From contig CM022673.1 of the NCBI GenBank assembly GCA_012295275.1, positions 14,818,001 to 14,882,000 on the forward strand: a stretch of 64,000 bases of DNA. Direction: 5' to 3'. The DNA is from Chrysomallon squamiferum (lineage: Eukaryota; Animalia; Mollusca). The notes under the pieces are model-generated. The model saw only the letters and a program-made list of their open reading frames with translations. It was not told the DNA's origin and made no database searches. Shown one piece after another: positions 54,798 to 64,000 of this stretch; position 1 is the first letter of the stretch; each line of letters opens with the position of its first letter. The translations under genes were made by a program, and so were the position numbers.

Positions 54798-57700
54798 GTT
54801 GTTTTTTTGTTGGTATTTTTTTTTTTTTTGCCGGGTGTAGTTTCAATGTTCTTTGTTATTCAGTTCGTCTACTCCTTTGGCTACTTCAGAACTCCAGTAA
54901 ACATCACACTTCTTATTGAACTAACTGCATGAGTAATTGTTCTGTTGTAATGTATTTTTTGTACTGTTCCACACCGGATTAAGCATTTACAAAATGTAAT
55001 AGTTCGCACATTCATGTAACTTATCCTGCTTTTTGATAGTTTTGTCAATTCACTGCTTTAACTCGCAATTTAATAGTTTTTTCTTTTTTTATTATTGTTC
55101 CTTTTTATCAAATTTACTAGTTGTCGGTTTTCAAATTTGACAATGGTCTGAAAACTGACTGGCCATTTGTGGCCGGGTGCGTATATCACCCTCACACAAA
55201 AACTACACAATGTCGATGTCGATTACATCTTTAATTTCTCAGTTTGATTGTACAACATGATATACAATAACAGTATAACATTATAAAATAGTATTGTAAT
55301 TATAGTGCAGAGAACTGGCCCAAACGTCTTTCTACCTTACCAGATTATCTCCGTTCTATTTTGAACTCTCTTTCACCACAGGCACACCGATAACATCTTA
55401 CACCCCTGACCAAAGCACCAGTGACAGTGTTTACCATATAATAAAGCCCCACGTGTCTTGGAGGATTTTCACAAGTACTTTACGTTTAAACAAGGAGAAA
55501 TAATATTTTATATTTTTATACAAATAACAAAACAATTACCGATTTATTTTCCATACACAAGAATAATTTGCACATAGCGCCATTTCAGCATTAGACATTT
55601 TACCGCAGTCTGTACAGTTCAGTTTATTTATAGTAGCAGTATAATAGTAGATTCTGTATTTTATTCATAATTATTGTTTTGTTGAAGGTTTTTTTTTTTT
55701 TTTCTTTGATTTTTAATTTATTATTATTATTTGTATTTGTATTATTTATTTATTTTTCGTTCTCCCGTTTACAAAAATCTCGATGTAAATGTATTGTTTT
55801 CACTCGTTTTACAGTTTGAAAGAAAGGTTCTGATGCTAACATCACAGAAATACGTTATTTTAAAAAATAGGATCACTGAACAAGAGAACTATGTCGGTGA
55901 AATGCGCAATACTTCAAATCTTATCCATCTGGGCTGACATCAGTATTATTTTCTGTTATGCATACCGCGTCATTTTAACGTCACCAGCTGTGTAATCCAA
56001 AGTTTTCAAACAAAAACAGATCAAATCAGTTGATATTGATAAGCAAATGAATTTCGCTGTTATTTTTAGACTGGACACGATCCGAGTTGAAACGGCGTTA
56101 AAAAAACAGCAAAGTGGGGACAACTGACGTAACACGATACAAAGCGTTTATTTTTTGCAGTCGAAAGAAGTGTTAACTGGGCTACTGTACAAAAAGACTA
56201 AAGAATAAATCCTTTATTTAACATGAGCTGATAAACTGTTTGTTACAAAGTGTCAAAAGTTAATTCAGTTATAATATTGATATTCCTTTATAAGGGACGT
56301 CATTCACAGAGAATTAAAAAACTCCCACTGTTTCTGAATAAATCAATGTTTTTAAAGAGCTTCCTATTCGTCACGCAATCCAACTTAATCTTTATTCACG
56401 CACCACTTCTAAAATATGAAGCTTTGAGAAAAATAGAATCATCCAATTTTATTATGCTTCATGCAGCCAATAATTCATCTGAGACTATTTACATTTTGTG
56501 CAAATGCTTTTTGCACAATGCATTTTATTTTATTTTGTTTGTTTTGCCTTTATTATTTTATTTTGTATGGTCATAAGTAAACAATTTCGTGATATATAAA
56601 TACAAACGACTTGATGAAAATAAAGATTCTGACAGGTAAACGTTGGAGATCTGTCGGTTGTCATCGAAACTGTACGAGCTCAATAAATGTTCTGTATGGG
56701 AACATATGGCATGGCTTGAATAATAACATTGTAATTGTTACACATCAAACTCCAGATAAACACCAGAGTCAGTGCAATTTATTGTTAAAAAAAAAAAGAA
56801 AAAAAAAAAGTTAATTCTATTGCTATCGTTTAATATTATCTAAATAAAATAAACAAAAATATTTTCTTCTATTTCAGAATCTGAAATTGTTCTGCTAGTC
56901 GGTGGATTTCATAATTTTGATTTTGTATACAAAAGATAAATCCTGCTTATTCATATGAGCAGTTTATTTTCATTTGGTACGCATGAACTTGCATGCAGAC
57001 TACTACTAGCAGCTTGTATGTTAACATTCAATCATATCACTTGTCAGAGTAGTTGTGTAACAACATTCAAATGCCAATTTGGTAGAAAAAAAATTCCATT
57101 GTTCAAAAAGGCATAAATTGTTAATGTGCAACACAATCTTCAAAACAAACAAAAACACACCCACCTGCCTCCATTGTACAAATAAAAAAAATATAAAAAA
57201 ATAAATGAACAGTTAAACAGCAAAGAGGTGTAGTTTTATTCTCTGGTTCTAGATGGCTGCATTACAGTCAATGCGCCCTGTCAGTTTGTATAGAAGAAAA
57301 ATACTGTGATAAAGTTGTAGATGGATCGTGTGACTACAAACGAATTCAACTCGGCACATGGATAACAAAAACCGGTAACTTGTTAAGTGAATTTGAATAA
57401 GTTATGTAAATATACATTTTAAACTATATAAAATAAAATATTTAATCACATCTTTAAAATAATGATAGGCTTTAAAAAAAAAAAAAAAAAAAATGGAAAT
57501 CAGGACTAGTCACTGTCAAAATACACTGAAATTATCCAAACTTCTCATCTTTCAAAACAAATAAAAGTTAAACAAGTATGACCAATAAAAAACCTACAAC
57601 TACGTTCAATAAAGGTTATCTTGCCAAATTACTTATCTGTGCTGCATATGCAATCACTAAATTCTTTAAGCAATCAAACTGATTTTAGCAAAATTTTAAA

Positions 57701-57880
57701 ACATTTGAGTGGTAAGACAGCTATTTTAATATATAGAAAAAACCCACAGCAAGGTTTCAGAGGTTTACTGCATAAGAAAACTAAATAGTATGAACATTTT
57801 ATGGAGAGAGAACAGTGACTGATGATTGTGTAAACAGCTGGTATGTGCTGCCTCGCCAGAATGATGTACAACATCCAGTG

Positions 57881-60800
57881 TCAATAGAACTCCAGACCAT
57901 CCAAAGTAGCTGAAATATAAAACAAATCATTGAAATTATCTCCATTTAATGAACAAACAGATTTAATGAAATGAAATAAAAAATTTCAAAAATCGTTAGC
58001 CAGACAAAAATCCACAATTAAATCCACAAACATGGAAGATAAATCGAGGAGAAAAATGGTTCATGGAACTATTTCAGGTATAAAGTTCAAAAAACATTTC
58101 AGACATGAATATTTATTGTGTTTATTTGTGTATTTTAAAACACTTGGTATTTCTCATCAGTTTATTACAGAAAGAAGTCGACAAACCTCTGTGAGATCTT
58201 CGTTGTTGTTGGTTGTCAGACGTGCTGGGAACGTTGCTCACGGCAGTCCGCAGACTCGTGGTGCTGTCGTATCCCTGGTCACCTGACACAGACTTCTTCA
58301 GTCGTACAGGAAGTGTGGATGCGTCGGATATCTGTGATGACCGAGTGGAAGGTTTTTGGTGCTGATGTAGAGCAGCTTCTTCCTGAAATTAAATAAAAAC
58401 ATCTGTTCACCTTTAAAATACTCACATTTTTATCTACCCTTTAAAATTTGCATTATGCAAATACTTTTGATTTTATGTACTTACAGCTGAATCATGAAGT
58501 TATTGCAATGCAACTATGTTTATGAAACTGACTCACTTGTTCAAGAATGTTCTGTGATCTCATCAAACTAATGGCCACTTTGTCCTGATTGGCCGATTCT
58601 AGATTCAGCTCAATGTCATGGAAACGACACTGCTCTTCTGACAATTCTTCAACTTCTGCTAATCTGTGAATAGAACAAACGTAATTTAAAACAAAAACAC
58701 TCATACTACATAAAATTTTAAAAAATATTTTTAACACATTAAATTCAAAAGATTACATAAATTAGAAAAAATTCTCAAAGCAATTAATTTCATTTAAAAT
58801 CACAACAGTAAAAACTTTAGCTGATTTTTTTGTACTAGAATGTTCATTCTATTAGTAATCTATGATTTTTGCAATATCTTGTGTAAAGAAATGCTGTCAG
58901 TTGATGTTAATTTACCTTTGTTCTTGAAAGTCTCTTAGTCTGTTTAAGTCTGCTTGTAGACTGAATGATGAAATTGAATCTCTGTCGTCTGCTACTGACC
59001 AATCTATGACATCCATGTAGCTGCTGGCTGATTCCAAGTCACCAAAGGTCCAAGAAGATTGACTGAGAGTAAAACTGTCATCCAGCAGATCATCAAGAGA
59101 CAAAGTACGTTTGACTGAAGATCTGTTACTTTCACCGAGTCCATTCGTAGACAGATATGATGTACTTTTAGTTAAACCTGATGACAATTGCCCAGACGTG
59201 TTCTCTAGAACTAGACTAATGTCTTCAGGTCTGAAACAGCACTTGAGAGAAGAGTTGGGCTGGTACATTCTGGCCCGTGGTGAAATGTCTACCAGTGAGG
59301 TCCCACGTTTCATTGTTCTGTCAGTATCTGATTGAGAAAGATCCTCCATTGAGTAGCCAAGCCTCTCTCTTCCTTGGTAGATACTTGCTGGACGACTATG
59401 TCTGCTGGTTCTCTTTATCAGACGACGACGTTGATAACCTTCTTGGTCAGAGACTGACATGTCTGGTGCAGCCGTTTCAGACTTCAGACTGCAGGAGATT
59501 AGTTCAGAAACGTATTTCAGTTTTAGGTCATTAGGCAGGCGACTTGCTGAAACTGCCCGGATTTTCTTCATCACCGAGTCGTAGGGATCCTCGTTTTCTG
59601 TAACTTCAATTCCCGATTCAGAACCTGCATCATACTGCGAACAACTGTCAAATGTGAACACATTGCGTGACGTTTTCCGTCTGTTTGGTGTTAAGTTCAG
59701 TTTGACAAATCTTTCTCCTGTTGATGAAGGAGGACGAGAAGCAGCACGATTCCTCAATTCAGGGTTGCATCCCGCTGATGAAGAGCAGTAGACGTCTTCT
59801 CTCTGTCGGTGCACACCATTTGATTGTGGCTGTCTTTCTGTCAGTCTGTTCAACTGCCTGGGTGAAGCCAACTCTTCCCAGTTTTTGTTGTACCTTTGAG
59901 AAAGATCATCGAAGTCTTGTTCTGTATTCCTTGTCCTGGCTGTCGACACTGGGTATGATCCAAGTGTGTCGGACAAACTCTGATGCCCAGTGACACCTGA
60001 ATCAGACGCAGAGTAACAAACACTTGTCTGACCTTTCCTCTCAGTGATTTCTCTCAGATTTAAACCTCTCCTCCTCAGACCAACTCTCCTCAATGGAGCC
60101 GATTTCAACGGATTCCGTCTGCTCAACTGGTAACCTTGGCGACCGAATATTTCATCTTTCCATTTAAATGCAGCCAGTACCAGTTTCACAGGCAGATATT
60201 TGCTTTGTAGAAGTCGATTTAGAAATCGTATACTGAAAATTAAAAACAATGGTTTTAAAAAATAAATTATAAATTTTGTTTTGATTTATTATAACAATCT
60301 TACCGCTGAAGTGCATTTATACTGATAATACTGACATTTGAAGCTGCAGAACAAAAGGCACTGACAACAGTAGTTACCATATTTTATTTTTGTATGTAAG
60401 TAAGACACTCACCGAAGAGCAACAGTATGAGCCTGCTGTTTCAGAGATGTGTGTATCTGGTGAGGAATGTCCGAGTCCATTCTAACAAGGTGGTCTTCTC
60501 TAGGAGATGGGTGTTTTGCAAGGAACATTTTCACAGCGATGTTCCACTCACGTGGCGTTGTTATCAGCTTGTTGTGTACACGTTGTGACACATGTTGTCT
60601 TAGGGAATCTGGCAAGAACTTGAGAACTTTCTTGTACCAGTGCATCGACTGAAAATCATTTTAGTGACAATCACTGTTAGGTAATACACAGAACATGGCG
60701 ATAAAGGTTGTGAAAGTAAATCTAATTTTTATTAATTAGAAGGCTTTAATGTATAAAAATTAACTTTTAAAATTAACATTGTTTAGATGTTTAAGAACCC

Positions 60801-62762
60801 TGTTTACCTAGAATGAAGACTTTTTACACTATGACTAGAATGTTACTTTAACACACAGTGGGTTTTCTTTTACAGGAAACTGATCACCTTGTGACAACTC
60901 ACTTTGTTAAGCAGAATGTGAAAAACGTGCACAGATATGTACGTATTCTGAACTTCATCCAGCTGCTGGGAAAATGGGTGAAGTATTCGTGACAGCTGCT
61001 GAATGACATCATCACAGCTGTTGACAACATCAGGATTTTCAGCTGACAGTTTAGTTAAAGTATCCAGAGATTCTGTTGCAGAGTTCAGCAGGTTCTATGA
61101 TTCAAAAAAAAAAAAAAAAAAATCAAGGTTTATCAGTTTGCTAACTATGTGCAGAAATGTTGGTTATTTTTGGTTTACAACTGAATTCACTGAACAGAGT
61201 TGCATCTACTGCACAATTCTTTGCCTTATTTAAATTCAGTTAAAAAACACTTTAATGAAAACAATTTTATTAAGGAATAAATCCTGCAAAAGTAATGTGT
61301 GTTAAATAGTATTTTTTAATTTTGAGATTATTTAACATTACCTTGGCTGGTTCGTACACTGCAGTGGTGAAGTGAGCCCGATACAGCTCGGCCTGACTCA
61401 GAGTGCGGCCAATCGCTGGGTGTTCTTTCAGCTGCACTCTGTACTTAGTGTTAAGCACATCTTCAATCTGAAACAAAACACTTCCATTTGAAACATCTTG
61501 TACCCATGTCTACACCATTTTTTAACCTGTTTTCCCAACATCTTTTTAAGAGACCCTCCACCCCACTCAAGTATAAAGGAAGAAACGTATAGTAAGCAAC
61601 ACACTGCACATTTTGCCTCACAATCAGCACTGAATAGATCAAGTGAATTTGTTTTACTCCCATTTTCTCCATCTGACCTTCATATAATTCTTAGTGTAAT
61701 GGCTAATCCACTTCCCAAGTGCATTTAAAATACAATGAATCAGACTTGGTCAAAACATGTTTAGTGAACTCAGTGGACTGAACAACCAGCTGACTTCCCC
61801 TATTTTTAAGGAGTGTAAAACATTTCCAAATTTTCTGAATGCACAGGAATCCTGTATAATCATAAGTTTGGAACAAATTACAAAGAAAAAAATCTCTTCA
61901 ATTTGAAATGAAATCTTGAACACATGATAAAGTAACCATGTTAAATGTGATTACAGTTTCAGCACAGGAAGCTAAATTTTACAGCTTTAATAAGAAAAAT
62001 CTGATTCTGAAATTACAAAGTAAGTTGTGGAATGAATCTACTGTTTGGATGGTCTCAGTAATTTTTGACACTGTTTTCAATACCGTTTACTTGTGTAACA
62101 AGTTACCTGATTGGCCAGTTCACGACATTTCTGAATCTTCTCAGCTGTGACAAGTCTTTCACTGGCTGTGTCCCACAGAGTTTCCAGTTCCACCTGGTAC
62201 TCCTTTATCTGAACAAAACTTGTTCTCAGGTGGTGCACAGCTTCCTGGACGAGACGAGGATGAACCAGACCAAGATTCGAGTTCTCGGGAGTCTCCAGAA
62301 AATGCATCGTTTGTTTACACTGGTCTATGATGTCATTTAGATTTATCTCCCTGAAATCATTAAAATTTTATTACACTAAATAAAATATTTTCTTCTGTTT
62401 ATTTAATACTAAAAACACTAAGTATTTAAAACAAATGTAAACAAGTTCCAAAAGGTATGTTTCTTGAAAGTATAAGATTTTAAATCAATAAAAACCAAAG
62501 AAAAATCAAAAACAGAACAAACGTCATCAGACATCAGAGTGATGCATTTCTCTCCAAATCTGTCATTCCATGTTTTCACTGTTATATATTTAACTCACCT
62601 CATTAAAGTCTGGTAGGTCTGAAGTAGTTCCTGTCTCAGACTTGTTAATTCCAATGAACTTTGACCTGCAAGGTCATATTCTTGAAGGAGTTCAACCCTG
62701 TCACGGACGTCTGGCAGACGTTCCAGCAGCTCGCACACTGCCTGGATGCACGGCGTCACCGT
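57881..62762 (-). CDS. Uncharacterised protein, 5' part not located in the window (at least 876 aa). Helical spectrin-repeat-like N-terminal part and a long Ser/Arg-rich disordered C-terminal part. Exons 62762-62599, 62350-62107, 61467-61342, 61094-60903, 60648-60413, 60232-58916, 58663-58537, 58382-58187, 57909-57881.
   Basis: Nine GT-AG exons join in frame without stops and end in ATLDGLEFY*. Segments such as YQVELETLWDTASERL and PAIGRTLSQAELYRAHF recall spectrin repeats of SESTD1/puratrophin-type proteins. The family assignment is inference. Confidence 0.8.
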
Positions 62763-62879
62763 CTGAAAATTCAAAACTCCACAATATTCTGTCACCTTTT
62801 CAGTTATTTTCATGTGAAATTGTTATCTGCTGTATATACACGTAATTTTGTTGAGGTGTGTAATTTTACCATCAAAAAC

Positions 62880-63700
62880 TTTATTTTCATCACAGTATTT
62901 ATGAGCCATGCCAAGCTGTGGACTACATACTGCAAGCCACTAGAACACCGATTGTGTCTTGTTTCCAAAAAAATGCTAAAAAAAAGAATCTTGGAAAGTC
63001 TTCTGCTCCTCTATGAACAACAAAACGTATTAAGATGAAACTAATTAGTAAGAACACCCTAACTGGTCCGTAACGCTCTTGAAGCCGTCTTCAAAAATAG
63101 CTCAAGCACAAACAACTTTCCCCACAAATTTCAAAAAACAAAAATGCAAAATGCAAATAAAAATAGATGACCATTTAATACCACAATCTAGAGCTTTCAC
63201 GTTCTTAGGCAACATATCTGATAGTCCAATCTTGGCATTCAAGTAAATCAGACCTACTCAAAAAACCCATCTACGAAAGAAATTACTCTGAAAATCACTG
63301 AATGGCCACCAGCTTGTATTACTGGCAATGAACTTGCTGATCACAATGCTAAAGATTACTTAATATCAAAGATGTCTGTACAGATATACACTACTGAACA
63401 AAAATGTTATGAATGGAACACCACCAAAAACATCTGGCAGTTTAGTATCAAACCACTTATTAAAACCCCCAAAATCACTTAGATAAAAATCTTACCAAAC
63501 TTGGAATCAGCTATTCCACCAATCTAAATGCAAACATCCAACTAACTGGATTTCTTGTAATAATGGAGCATTATTTGACTGAATATTAGGCTAACAAATG
63601 CCTAATTTTATATTTAAAAAAAACAAAAAAACAAAATATCTACCAGCTCTTTATCAACTGCTACAACAATATATCACTACCAGCTCCTTGCTTTGTTTTA
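62880..63700 (+). mobile_element. Decayed non-LTR retrotransposon fragment (end of RT, RNase H and C-terminal remnants; I-group-like)
   Basis: Broken frames give IDDHLIPQSRAFTFLG (about 63163-63210, RT C-terminal FLG motif), CITGNELADHNAK (63315-63353, RNase H GNExAD), ILTKLGIS (cf. LTRLRIGH) and EHYLTE (cf. EHILxEC). Confidence 0.65.
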
Positions 63701-64000
63701 TATGGTAGCAAGGAAAATACCCTTCACATCCCCCCACTGGCTCTGACGGAGTGTATCTATCACAGACGTGCTTCACAAGTGCTCCCTCTTACTCAGTGGT
63801 TTTTCTATTGGCTAGCTGAATTAAGAACTGGTCACATTAGATGTAAGACACATCTGACCTTATGTTCTGACATTTGCGTGGATTGTGCCTTTGGCAAGTT
63901 ATTCTATTTGATAACCTCCTTTTAAGCAAACCGTATCCGAATTTCTGGAAGTACATTTCAGAAAAAACCAAAATGGAAAACAAGAATGGAAAACAAGAAT

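Noticed and set aside
53846-56576. Hydrophobic Phe/Leu/Ile-rich short ORFs (e.g. 53846..54061, 54363..54611, 56250..56576) as membrane microproteins
   Set aside because: These are translations of T-rich low-complexity DNA, several with non-ATG starts, and carry no family signature.

Overview
Very AT-rich animal genomic DNA with GT-AG introns. A gastropod mollusc is likely, inferred from a recognisable mollusc-type SINE and the gene structures. Most entries in the ORF track are spurious or single exons. Reading splice sites by hand gives seven multi-exon genes: PLEKHF2/phafin2 (-), RNASEK (+), FLAD1 (-), VCPIP1 (+), calumenin (-), IMMP1L (+) and ethanolamine kinase (-). An eighth, 5'-truncated gene (-) encodes an uncharacterised spectrin-repeat-like protein. 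The first six genes form three head-to-head pairs. Main observations: (1) calumenin has two duplicated, frame-incompatible exons only 58 nt apart, i.e. mutually exclusive exons, one with a poly-Asp insert, and a GC-rich hairpin lies just downstream; (2) a 48-bp x13 minisatellite is built from the IMMP1L exon 3/donor junction, part of a window-wide tendency of tandem repeats to sit at splice junctions; (3) VCPIP1 has two apparent +1 frameshifts; (4) FLAD1 has a candidate mitochondrial presequence and PLEKHF2 a candidate alternative first exon. SINE, MITE and RNase H-LINE relics are also present. No prokaryotic systems, CRISPR arrays, rRNA or tRNA genes were seen.
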